In this document: piece by piece, positions 29,927 through 38,486 of the stretch
Layout of the letters: every line of letters starts with the position of its first letter
How positions within the stretch are numbered: the first letter of the stretch is position 1
DNA from: a virus
Reading direction: 5' to 3' (one strand)
IMG/VR virus record: IMGVR_UViG_3300042507_005574
Length of the DNA stretch: 64,000 nt
Made by a program: the position numbers and the translations under genes
Notes under the pieces: model-generated
The model's database searches: none
The model's input: the letters and a program-made list of their open reading frames with translations, nothing else
What the model was told of the DNA's origin: nothing

Positions 29927-30157
29927 ATGTCTAAGAATCATCAGGGCGTTAGTGTTCAGAAGGTTTATGTTCATTCACTGGATAAGGTTGCGACTGTTCG
30001 CAAGGTGGAAGAGGATCCTGTTTGGGGAACACAGTATTTCGTTAGTACTTACTCCCGAGAATGGGGACCGGAATTCTTTTGGGTGAAGAGTAGTGATGCA
30101 CAGCCTATGGCAACCCTTAAGGGAAGTTCGTCAAATTCTGATTCAGATGTTGACTAA
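29927..30157 (+). CDS. Hypothetical protein, probably early
   Basis: 76-aa ORF downstream of the sigma70 promoter, with an AGGA SD. Confidence 0.65.
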   Translation: MSKNHQGVSVQKVYVHSLDKVATVRKVEEDPVWGTQYFVSTYSREWGPEFFWVKSSDAQPMATLKGSSSNSDSDVD

Positions 30158-30171
30158 ATACAAGTAGTACT

Positions 30172-30429
30172 ATGCCATTCTATGACTACATTTGTAGGGC
30201 TTGCAACCATGAATTCGAAGAGATGCTTCGTATTGATGATCGCAAGAAGCCAACCAAAAAGCCTTGTGAAAAATGTGGTCAAAAGAAGGTAGAACAGATA
30301 ATTAAAGAGGCTCCATCTGCTTGCGACCCTATTCGGGTTGGCAGCGTAGGCAAGGTGGATAATGGCTTCAGAGAAGTACTATCTAAAATAAAGAAAGCGC
30401 ATCCACGCCACAAAATGCGTGATTACTAG
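30172..30429 (+). CDS. FmdB-family zinc-ribbon protein
   Basis: MPFYDYICRAC...CEKC, then GFREVLSKIKKAHP. CTAAATA at 30154. Confidence 0.85.
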   Translation: MPFYDYICRACNHEFEEMLRIDDRKKPTKKPCEKCGQKKVEQIIKEAPSACDPIRVGSVGKVDNGFREVLSKIKKAHPRHKMRDY

Positions 30430-30431
30430 TA

Positions 30432-31115
30432 ATGAAGTTGAATTCAGTCGAATTAGAGGGTAAGGGTAGATACTATCAATCCCCAACAACACTTCGTTGG
30501 TATCCATCGGTTACCACAGTTGTCAACCATGAAATGGAAGATTTTTGGCGTGAGTGGAGGAAAAATCCACAAAATCTTGCCAATTCGAAAAAGGCATTAG
30601 CGAGAGGTAATCGTCTACATCAAGTGATGGAAGATTATCTTGGTGAAAATAAAACAATACCAACTGATCCATTCGATAGGATGAAGTTTGATCTGCTGAA
30701 GCCTTGTTTGGACAAAATAGGCAAGATTCGTGCAATTGAAACTTCAATGTGGTCAGATAAAATTTTACTTGCGGGAAGAGTAGACTGTATTGCTGAATAC
30801 GATGGCAAGTTGGCTGTAGTAGATTTTAAAACCGCAGGCAAAGACAAGAGTAAAGATCAGATTCTCAATTATTTTCATCAGACAACTGCATATGCATACA
30901 TGTGGAATCAAAACTACGATCAAGATGATTTGATTGAGAGAGTTGTCATTTTGATCGTTACGGACGATGGTACAATACAAGAATTCGTTGAGGATCCATC
31001 TGACTATAAAAAGTCAATGTTCGATGTTATAAAGACTTACTGGGATAAATATTCATTCAGAGAAGTACAGGAGATAGCAAATGAAATTCATCAAGCGACT
31101 ATTCAGTTCGGGTGA
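30432..31115 (+). CDS. PD-(D/E)xK exonuclease (cyanophage-type, Cas4/RecB-like)
   Basis: YPSVTTV, RGNRLH, AGRVDCIAEYDGKLAVVDFKT, YFHQTTAY. Confidence 0.88.
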   Translation: MKLNSVELEGKGRYYQSPTTLRWYPSVTTVVNHEMEDFWREWRKNPQNLANSKKALARGNRLHQVMEDYLGENKTIPTDPFDRMKFDLLKPCLDKIGKIRAIETSMWSDKILLAGRVDCIAEYDGKLAVVDFKTAGKDKSKDQILNYFHQTTAYAYMWNQNYDQDDLIERVVILIVTDDGTIQEFVEDPSDYKKSMFDVIKTYWDKYSFREVQEIANEIHQATIQFG

Positions 31116-31293
31116 AGTGTTGCCGCCAGCAAAAATTGAAAAGTATCATTGTGTTCGTTTCATGACCGAAAAGGGTGAACAACTTGGTCTTTTACTGACA
31201 CATGAAGAGTTCGAAAGAGCAGTTTTTAGATGGGTTCAGACTATAGAGTCTATGCCCATACAAGAAGATCCTGAACAGGAAGGGATGATTTAA
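31081..31293 (+). CDS. Hypothetical protein
   Basis: SD CAGGAG before the ATG. The stop overlaps the gp33 start. Confidence 0.6.
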   Translation: MKFIKRLFSSGEVLPPAKIEKYHCVRFMTEKGEQLGLLLTHEEFERAVFRWVQTIESMPIQEDPEQEGMI

Positions 31294-31532
31294 TGGGATC
31301 AATTATGAATATAGATCACGACTTCTCAAAAGAAGTCGAAGAACTTACCCGAACAAGAAATAACGGTAAATACATGGAATCAATCATTGATTTGTGTGAA
31401 AAATATGGTATTGAGCCTGAGTCGGCTGCAAAGTTGCTCTCAAAACCTATCCGTGAAAAACTCAAGAGTGAATTTGAATCGTTGAATATGGTTCGTGGAA
31501 AAAGAAAAACCACGAAGTTACCTCTTGACTAA
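31293..31532 (+). CDS. gp33: Late-promoter transcription co-activator
   Basis: FSKEVE...YMESIIDLCEKYGIEPESAAKLLSKPIREKL..E...LN, with a KLPL C-terminus. Confidence 0.88.
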   Translation: MGSIMNIDHDFSKEVEELTRTRNNGKYMESIIDLCEKYGIEPESAAKLLSKPIREKLKSEFESLNMVRGKRKTTKLPLD

Positions 31533-31552
31533 TGTGATATCTTAGTTACAAT
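31525..31552 (+). promoter_or_regulatory. sigma70-like promoter for gp32 (TTGACT-16-TACAAT)
   Basis: Sequence match followed by an A/C-rich leader and an AAGGAG SD. Confidence 0.6.
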
Positions 31553-31590
31553 TCAAACACATCGCTACACTTAAAATACAAGGAGATACA

Positions 31591-32514
31591 ATGTCATTCG
31601 CTAATTTGAAGAAAAATGCTCAAACCGGTATTGATAAACTACAGAAGGAAATGGAAAAGCAGGGCGGCAAGGAAGGTGGCTATCAAAAGGATGATCGCTT
31701 CTGGTCGCTTGAGCGAGACAAGAGTGGAAATGGTATGGCTGTGATTCGTTTTCTTCCGGCAGCCGATGGTGAAGAGATTCCCATGATTCGGGTTTTTAGT
31801 CACGGATTCCAAGGCAAGGGTGGATGGTTCATCGAAAACTGTCCAACGACACTTGGCCGCAAATGTCCTGTTTGCGAGGCAAACAATGAACTTTGGAACA
31901 GCGGCATCGAATCCAACAAGAAGATTGCCCGTGATCGTAAACGCAAGTTATCTTATATCAGCAACATTCTTGTGGTTTCCGATCCCGCAAATCGTGACAA
32001 CGAGGGAAAGGTCTTTCTTTTTAAGTATGGTAAGAAGATCTTTGATAAGTTGCAGGAAGCCATGAATCCTTCCGATCCCGATGAGCCTAAGTTTAATCCT
32101 TTTGATTTTTGGAAGGGAGCCAACTTTAAGTTGAAAGCACATATGGATTCAGGGTATGTTTCCTATGAAAAGAGCGGCTTCTCTGCTCCTGCGCCACTCT
32201 TTGAGGGTGATGATTCTAAGTTGGAAGCATTGTGGAAGAAGGAATATGCTCTTAAGGAGTTTGTTGCGGAAGATCAGTTCAAATCTTATGAAGATCTTTC
32301 GGCAAGATTCACACAGGTTTCGAAGGCATCTTCTGCCGCATCTGTAAAGGCAGAAGATTCCGAGCCAGAGGACTTCCGTACTAAGATGGGGAAGGCTAAT
32401 CAGATTGCCGAATCGTCTTCCAAGAAGACTACTGCAAAGAAGAGTGTTGTTGATGACGATGATGAATCTGAGGCACTTTCGTACTTCCGTAAGTTAGCGG
32501 AAGATGATGAGTGA
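31591..32514 (+). CDS. gp32: Single-stranded DNA-binding protein
   Basis: DDRFW, GNGMAVIRFLP, HGFQ..GGWFIENC.TTLG..CPVCE, YGKKIFDK, FDFWKGANFKLK and an acidic tail. Confidence 0.97.
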   Translation: MSFANLKKNAQTGIDKLQKEMEKQGGKEGGYQKDDRFWSLERDKSGNGMAVIRFLPAADGEEIPMIRVFSHGFQGKGGWFIENCPTTLGRKCPVCEANNELWNSGIESNKKIARDRKRKLSYISNILVVSDPANRDNEGKVFLFKYGKKIFDKLQEAMNPSDPDEPKFNPFDFWKGANFKLKAHMDSGYVSYEKSGFSAPAPLFEGDDSKLEALWKKEYALKEFVAEDQFKSYEDLSARFTQVSKASSAASVKAEDSEPEDFRTKMGKANQIAESSSKKTTAKKSVVDDDDESEALSYFRKLAEDDE

Positions 32515-32555
32515 TAAATACTCATAACCCCACTAAAGATAGCATCTTTGGTCCG

Positions 32556-32585
32556 ACAACCCCCGAAAGGGGGTTGTTTCTTTTT
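32556..32585 (+). terminator. Rho-independent terminator after gp32
   Basis: ACAACCCCC-GAAA-GGGGGTTGT followed by TTCTTTTT. Confidence 0.88.
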
Positions 32586-32602
32586 ATATGATTCAATGAA
32601 TA

Positions 32603-35440
32603 TCAGAACAATCCGTTTGGATGAGCCATTCCTGTCGATTGCCTGAAAGTGGGTTCCGTGTTTCTCGGTGGTTGTGGTGCAATTATATGCGGTCGTGATC
32701 CGCCTTTGTTATTAACACTACTTATGTTCATATTTGTTGTGGTTACATTTGTTTGGGTATTTTGACCGTTGCGTGTATTTGGTTTGAGTGCTTTTTGTTT
32801 TGTTTCATATTCATCTTTTAGTTTTTTCCCCATTGGACCCAATGTATTTTCATCAAAAGAAAAATCACGAAGAAATGGTGTTTCTGTTGGAGTGAACAAC
32901 TTAGGTCCAGATAATAGGGGTTGATTTGTTTTTATTGCTGTCTCGGGAGTCGCTGATTGAGAAGATCCTGTAAAAAACTCAAAAGTTGCTGTTGCAATTT
33001 TGACAGCAGGTATGTTTTTGATGCTGTTGGTGACCAATTCTTTAGACAGTTTGATCACATTTGTAATTGCATCAAAAAAAGATTTGACTTCCTTTTTTAA
33101 TTTATTGTGTAATTTTGGAATTATTGATTTAACGGCATCAAAAATAGATTCAACATTTTCCGTAAAATCATCGACTAGTTTTGGAACTACCGACGATATC
33201 ACTGCCCAAATTTTTTCTGACAGACTTACCAAACCCTTATAGATTAATGTAATTGGATTATAGTTGAGTAAAAATGATTGAAGTTTTTCAATGCCCTCTA
33301 TTATAAAGGTTTTCATGTTATCAATAATTTTTTTCGCTGCGGATATTCCATATTTGATTCCCTGATATAACAGATTCGGAAGACTATATTTCCACAAAAG
33401 CATTAATGTTTCTTTAGCAGCATTTATAATTGAATTGAAGTTATTGTAAATCCACATGACTCCTTGGACAAGCAATCCTATGGGGCTGTACTTGAAAATC
33501 AATTTAATCGCATTGTATGTGTGTTCTAATATTTTTTTGAACGCCTTTGTTATGGAGTCAATTATGTTATTCATGAATTTATAGATTTTATCGAAACCTA
33601 TTAATCCTAGAGTTAATCCATCTGTAATTCCGGCAAATATTCCGACAAGTAATCCTCGTATACCATCTTTTTTAAATCCTTTGAACGCACCTATGACAGC
33701 ATCGATTAATGTCAACACTATCGTAAGTGGGAGGAATGCTCTACCAATTAATGAAATGATTGGTCGAAGAACTCTGAGAAATCTGAATAGACCACTCATT
33801 ATTCCATAACCAAGTCTGAATGAAGTCATAAAGATTTTGAATATTTCTATGACAGGAGCGAAAACAGATTTTAGTATCTTTATGAATCCTAATGCACCAA
33901 ATTGTACATCTTTGATTATCGCAATAAAAGTAGTAAAAACACCTATTGTTCTATTAATTACTGATACAAAGTATCTACCTATAGCAGTTCCATTTTTGAT
34001 AAAGATGAAAAATGATTTCATCCCATTGATCATTTTGTTTATCGCTGGAAATGTTTCTTTCAAATACAAGAAAAATCTTGATATGATTCCTCCTCCTTTG
34101 AAAGCAGATGTAATCATTCCGAATACTTCTGCTATTGCGGCAGATACCATTCCAACTATCAATCCCGTGGCAAATGTTATAATCGCAATGAGTTTAAACA
34201 ACCAACCGCCTTCTCTCATAGTATCCCGTAAACCTATTATGTGAGCATCTATTATTTTTACATTTGCTTTGAGATCTTTATACCATTCGGGTAATTCCTT
34301 CATCTCTTTTTTGTCCTCGACTGCTTGCCTGTTCTGTCTTTCAACAGCGGCTATTTGAATCAAGGATGCCTGCTCAATATTCTTGAAAATACTTATTTGT
34401 TTGTTTAATTTTTGCGTTTCTTCTCGGAATTGTTTTTCTGCCAATCTTTCTGCACGAATCTCTGCGACTCTTTCATTAACACCTTGCTTTACAATTGTTT
34501 CATATATGGATTTTTGTATATTCTCTTTTTGGATTGAATCCCTCATCTCTGTGAGTTTTTCAATGATCTTATCTTGGGTTTTCTGTTCCTTAGCCCAATT
34601 TGCCTTGAAAGCCATGACAGCAGTTTCGTCTTTGAGATCTACTCCTGATTCAATCATAGCATCACTAAGCATTTTTTGAACAACAGAAAGACTTTGTATG
34701 TTTGCTCCGGTTCTTTCAATTAGTCTATTAATAGTATCTTCGTTTGATGATCCTTTAATTTGTTCAAGTGCATTACGAACTTCTTGAGCAAGTTCTTTGG
34801 TTTCATTATTTTTTTGATTTTCTTCTTCGTCTTTTTGTTTCTGCTTTGCTTCAATTTTATTTCTGTCAGACAGTTCTTTTTCCGCTTTTAATTTTTCATC
34901 CTCTTCTTTTTTAGACTGCTTTAGAAATTCTTTCGACCAATTCTTAAATTCAACCAATATAGTTTTATCTTTGATTTTAGCATCTGATAGTGTGTCTGCG
35001 ATTTGTTTTGTGAGATCTAAAGAGGCATCAAGTTCTTTTTTTACTACATCTATCTGTGTTTTTGAATCAATAGCAATCATTTCAATTGCATCTGTGATTT
35101 GCCTTTGAGTTCCCGCTACATCGGTTTGAATTTCTCTTAACCTATTTGTAGACTCGGATCTTGATAGTTTGGCTTCTTCGTACTGCTTTATTGCTATAGC
35201 AAGAGCAGCAGTATCTCCCTTCAGTTCTGCCTCCAACTGTTTCTTCTTTGCATTCAATTCCTCACGCTGCGAGGATTCAATCTTCTCTGTGAGTTCTTTG
35301 ATATATTTGGTCTGAAACTCTTGATTGTCCAATTGATTTCTCAATAGTTCAACCATTTCACGATTATATGAACCAGACCATTGGCTATCGCTTCCTGGTG
35401 CGGTTTGATTTTTGGGATTAGTTTCGCCTTCGTTTGCCAT
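32603..35440 (-). CDS. Tape-measure protein / tail-length determinant (gp29-like)
   Basis: Long N-terminal coiled coil, then hydrophobic and amphipathic helical repeats with TM-like segments. Lies directly after gp26/gp51. Confidence 0.75.
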   Translation of the reverse strand: MANEGETNPKNQTAPGSDSQWSGSYNREMVELLRNQLDNQEFQTKYIKELTEKIESSQREELNAKKKQLEAELKGDTAALAIAIKQYEEAKLSRSESTNRLREIQTDVAGTQRQITDAIEMIAIDSKTQIDVVKKELDASLDLTKQIADTLSDAKIKDKTILVEFKNWSKEFLKQSKKEEDEKLKAEKELSDRNKIEAKQKQKDEEENQKNNETKELAQEVRNALEQIKGSSNEDTINRLIERTGANIQSLSVVQKMLSDAMIESGVDLKDETAVMAFKANWAKEQKTQDKIIEKLTEMRDSIQKENIQKSIYETIVKQGVNERVAEIRAERLAEKQFREETQKLNKQISIFKNIEQASLIQIAAVERQNRQAVEDKKEMKELPEWYKDLKANVKIIDAHIIGLRDTMREGGWLFKLIAIITFATGLIVGMVSAAIAEVFGMITSAFKGGGIISRFFLYLKETFPAINKMINGMKSFFIFIKNGTAIGRYFVSVINRTIGVFTTFIAIIKDVQFGALGFIKILKSVFAPVIEIFKIFMTSFRLGYGIMSGLFRFLRVLRPIISLIGRAFLPLTIVLTLIDAVIGAFKGFKKDGIRGLLVGIFAGITDGLTLGLIGFDKIYKFMNNIIDSITKAFKKILEHTYNAIKLIFKYSPIGLLVQGVMWIYNNFNSIINAAKETLMLLWKYSLPNLLYQGIKYGISAAKKIIDNMKTFIIEGIEKLQSFLLNYNPITLIYKGLVSLSEKIWAVISSVVPKLVDDFTENVESIFDAVKSIIPKLHNKLKKEVKSFFDAITNVIKLSKELVTNSIKNIPAVKIATATFEFFTGSSQSATPETAIKTNQPLLSGPKLFTPTETPFLRDFSFDENTLGPMGKKLKDEYETKQKALKPNTRNGQNTQTNVTTTNMNISSVNNKGGSRPHIIAPQPPRNTEPTFRQSTGMAHPNGLF

Positions 35441-35457
35441 GGGGAGTCTACTTTAAG

Positions 35458-35619
35458 TTAAGATTCTTTCTGCTTTTCCATCATTTCTTTTTCTTCTTTA
35501 AGGTGATGAATTAACATTTCTATGTAAATTCGACGCTCCCAAGGAATCATTCCTTCTATTTCTGTTAGCGAATACTTGTGGTGTTGCATTAGAGAAAAGT
35601 TTGTTTCGTAATGATTCAT
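35458..35619 (-). CDS. gp51: Baseplate hub assembly protein gp51-like (53 aa, not in the ORF track); probably made as a -1 frameshift extension of gp26
   Basis: MNHYETNFSLMQHHKYSLTEIEGMIPWERRIYIEMLIHHLKEE matches the cyanophage gp51 pattern. The frame is open back to the gp26 slippery site. Confidence 0.85.
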   Translation of the reverse strand: MNHYETNFSLMQHHKYSLTEIEGMIPWERRIYIEMLIHHLKEEKEMMEKQKES

Positions 35620-35642
35620 TAGACTATCATGGGAGGTCGCTA

Positions 35643-36353
35643 TTAGAAAAAATCAGCCACCCCCTTAAGGGTAATTGTATTTTCGTGTCCACATCCACTA
35701 CACTTAAAAGACACTTCTTTCGTCAGTTGAGGCATCGTTTCAAAGAAAGAAGATATTTTCCTGAATTGACTTTGAGATAAAGACTCAATGAACTCAGTTA
35801 CATCAGTCACACCAACATCTTTGGCTGTGAATGTTTGCTCTGGTGTATAAATTTTATCAACACACAACGCAACTAATGTAAACATCTTTTCGGTATCTGT
35901 CTTTTTTTCCTGCATCTTTTCGATGTCGGAATAGGTTGGACACCTCATTTCAATAATTGTGCTATCGTTGAGATTAATCTTGCTGTTGTGTTCGGGATTA
36001 AAATCTGGATTAAGTTCAGTAAGATTTACATTTACTACATTTGAATGTTGACAGGCAGAACATTTAATTTGAGGATTCGCAGTTTCTCCAACAGACTTTG
36101 TTCGTATATTCACGAATAAATATTCAATATCAACAAGTGCTGCCTCAGTCATATTAATTTTACCAAATGTACACGCTGCTACCACATCTTGCATCGCTTT
36201 GTATATCTCTTTTTCATTTTTCGACTCTGATGCTATAAGCAGTATTTTTTCCTCTTTAACAAGAAAAGGTCTGTATGTGATTTTTTTCTTGTTGCTTGGA
36301 AGAATCAGTTCATATGTTGGTGTTGTTGCTACTAAGTTAGTCAGTGTTCCCAT
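35643..36353 (-). CDS. gp26: Baseplate hub assembly protein gp26-like (tail assembly chaperone)
   Basis: PTYELILPS...YRPFLVKEEKILLIA, DIEYLFVNIR.KSVGE, two CxxC motifs, FFETMP, and a C-terminal GVADFF. Confidence 0.9.
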   Translation of the reverse strand: MGTLTNLVATTPTYELILPSNKKKITYRPFLVKEEKILLIASESKNEKEIYKAMQDVVAACTFGKINMTEAALVDIEYLFVNIRTKSVGETANPQIKCSACQHSNVVNVNLTELNPDFNPEHNSKINLNDSTIIEMRCPTYSDIEKMQEKKTDTEKMFTLVALCVDKIYTPEQTFTAKDVGVTDVTEFIESLSQSQFRKISSFFETMPQLTKEVSFKCSGCGHENTITLKGVADFF

Positions 36354-36377
36354 TTTATTTAATCTCCCTATGTTTTA

Positions 36378-37358
36378 TTATAGTTGTCCTAAAAATCCTT
36401 GTCCCTGTGAGATAAAAGTAAGTGCTTGATTGAATATGTTTCTTATTTCGTCATTTGGATTTTGTCCAGGAAGACCATCAACTTTTGGTTTTATTAGTCT
36501 TCCATCAACGCCTTTAGGCACATTACTACGCTGATCATACTTTTTTCTCTCTTCTATTTTTTCAAGCATTGACTGCGTTTCTCTTCGCTGAATCTGCTCC
36601 CAATCCCTGATAGCATCTTCTGCTGTGACATTAACTAGTCCATTTCTAACAAAATTTTCGTTACTATTAACAAAAGGTATTTCTGACGGATCTTTTAATG
36701 TCCGTGTGAATCTTCCTTGACTGTCTATGACAGGTATTCCTATATCTTTTGCCGGAGATTCTCCTCCACGAAGAACTTCACGGTACATAAAATCCACTTT
36801 CATTTTTAGTGGTTCTATACTTTGTGTGTAGTTTAGTGATCCATTATTGAGTACCACGCTGTAAGGGTACACTTCTGTCAACTTTATACTATTTGCCCCT
36901 AAATCTTGTCCTAAAAATTCTATCGCTTGGTCTAAACTTTGAACAAAAGAGGGGAGTTGCATGATGTATATCGAACATGATTTGGCGTAGTCATCATAAA
37001 ATCCAACTTGTTTCGTTTTTGGATCTACTATTAGATTTTGCCACTTTTCAAACAAGTTTTTTTCAAACATGTCAGTTAACACATTAAACTCAAATGAAAT
37101 ACCAGATGTGTTGTTTGAATTTATTCCATATGGAATCAGTCTAGTTGGAGTTGAGATATCCATTTCATGAGTAAAAAAAGATTTTGCCGGTAATGTGACC
37201 GAACTAACCGTTAAGGCAAGTCTTTCTTTTATTTCTATCGATGAATACCCCAAATATCTGGCCACACTAGGGGGAACATCAATCAACATGACAAACCTAT
37301 TGGGCCGCATTACGCCCTTTTGTCTGATTGCACTATAGAATTTGTCTACAAAGGTCAT
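36378..37358 (-). CDS. Tail-tube-fold baseplate protein (gp54/gp19-like tail tube initiator)
   Basis: RPNRF, SVTLP, FEKWQ, GFYDDY, EVYP.SV, VDFMYR. ATAAATA on the minus strand at 37374-37380. Confidence 0.75.
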   Translation of the reverse strand: MTFVDKFYSAIRQKGVMRPNRFVMLIDVPPSVARYLGYSSIEIKERLALTVSSVTLPAKSFFTHEMDISTPTRLIPYGINSNNTSGISFEFNVLTDMFEKNLFEKWQNLIVDPKTKQVGFYDDYAKSCSIYIMQLPSFVQSLDQAIEFLGQDLGANSIKLTEVYPYSVVLNNGSLNYTQSIEPLKMKVDFMYREVLRGGESPAKDIGIPVIDSQGRFTRTLKDPSEIPFVNSNENFVRNGLVNVTAEDAIRDWEQIQRRETQSMLEKIEERKKYDQRSNVPKGVDGRLIKPKVDGLPGQNPNDEIRNIFNQALTFISQGQGFLGQL

Positions 37359-37363
37359 GGCTG

Positions 37364-37963
37364 TTACTTAGAGTATTTATTTGCCCATTTCCAAACTTGT
37401 TCACGATTTGCACCACGGAATCTTTCAATAGGCATGAATGGCACAAATTTCCATTCGTCAGACGATATGACATTTGCTTTGGTCACCACACAGTTGAAAT
37501 AGTACTTTTTTATTGCTGCTTTGAACGGCTTCATATTAGAAGCGGATTTCAAGTATGAATATGTAACTTTAAACATTGCGGGGGGATTTTTCGCATAATT
37601 AGGGTTGTTAGTCATTGTCAGAAGATTGTTTAAAAATGTTGCCCTAACCCTCGGTGCTAGGTAGTGTAAGTTTAGTCCAAGAAAATGGTTTCTCATTTTA
37701 TGAATCATTATTACAAGAGGGAATTCATCCCAAAATGGTAGTTCTAATTTAGTTTTTGGGTTGTAGCCAAAAAAAATCATAGTTCCGATTCTTGGTTGAT
37801 TGATACCTACACTTGCCATACTTTGGTTAAAATTTTGAGGATTCATTTGAGTTTGAATTTTACTCAAGTTAGTAGCCAACCAATATGTTGCCGCATTAGA
37901 TTGAATATCTTTTCCGGATTGATTAAATTCTTTTACGACTTTTCCGACTTCTCGTTTACTCAT
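37364..37963 (-). CDS. gp2: DNA end protector protein
   Basis: GTMIFFGYNPKTKLELPFWDEFPLV, FLGLNLHYL, AAIKKY, W.FVPFMPIERF. Confidence 0.9.
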   Translation of the reverse strand: MSKREVGKVVKEFNQSGKDIQSNAATYWLATNLSKIQTQMNPQNFNQSMASVGINQPRIGTMIFFGYNPKTKLELPFWDEFPLVIMIHKMRNHFLGLNLHYLAPRVRATFLNNLLTMTNNPNYAKNPPAMFKVTYSYLKSASNMKPFKAAIKKYYFNCVVTKANVISSDEWKFVPFMPIERFRGANREQVWKWANKYSK

Positions 37964-38432
37964 TACTGGTTCCGTTCTTTGTGAATAAATTGTCCTCAGT
38001 CAGAATTTTAAACTCCCACCCTTTATCCTCACAAATTTTTCTAGCAGCGTTCCATTTTGCAGAATTAATCATCCAATTTTTCATTTCTGTTAGTTTTGAC
38101 TTGGACACTTTTTTTGACTTGGGCGGATTTGGTTTTTTAGTTTGTGATTTGGGCTTAATTTCTATGAGGTATACTCGTTTATTTCCATCTTTCGACAAAA
38201 CCTTTATCCAAAAATCAACAAAGTATCTGTGAACTTTTCCATCTATTGGTGAGGTATAGGGAATAATAACTTCCTCCGAAGACCATTCCAGCACCGATGA
38301 GTTTTCGTCACAAAACAACATGAACTTTCTTTCCCAAAGTGAACGATAAAAACAGTTGTTGGGGTCTCCTTTGTATTTTTGTGGGTTTTTTGGTTTGTAG
38401 CACCCCTTATAACTTGCGTTTGATCTACGGAT
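37956..38432 (-). CDS. gp4: Head completion nuclease (TnsA-like); start extended to an ATC codon at 38432
   Basis: WSSEEVIIPY.SPIDG..HRYFVDF, IEIKP, NSAKW..A, FKILTE. The conserved N-terminal YKG.YKPKNPQKYKGD...YRSLWE lies upstream of the called ATG at 38321. Confidence 0.88.
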   Translation of the reverse strand: MRRSNASYKGCYKPKNPQKYKGDPNNCFYRSLWERKFMLFCDENSSVLEWSSEEVIIPYTSPIDGKVHRYFVDFWIKVLSKDGNKRVYLIEIKPKSQTKKPNPPKSKKVSKSKLTEMKNWMINSAKWNAARKICEDKGWEFKILTEDNLFTKNGTSNE

Positions 38433-38456
38433 TTTTACCTCCTTATAACTTGAGTT

Positions 38457-38481
38457 TATTTAGGTAGTTTTCGTCTAAATA
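38457..38481. promoter_or_regulatory. Divergent late promoters (CTAAATA on both strands)
   Basis: TATTTAG at 38457-38463 (minus strand, toward gp4) and CTAAATA at 38475-38481 (plus strand, toward gp48). Confidence 0.8.
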
Positions 38482-38486
38482 CAATT

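Noticed and set aside
30432-31115. Cas4 as part of a CRISPR system
   Set aside because: This is an ordinary T4-like PD-(D/E)xK exonuclease. It lacks the four-Cys Fe-S motif and has no array nearby.
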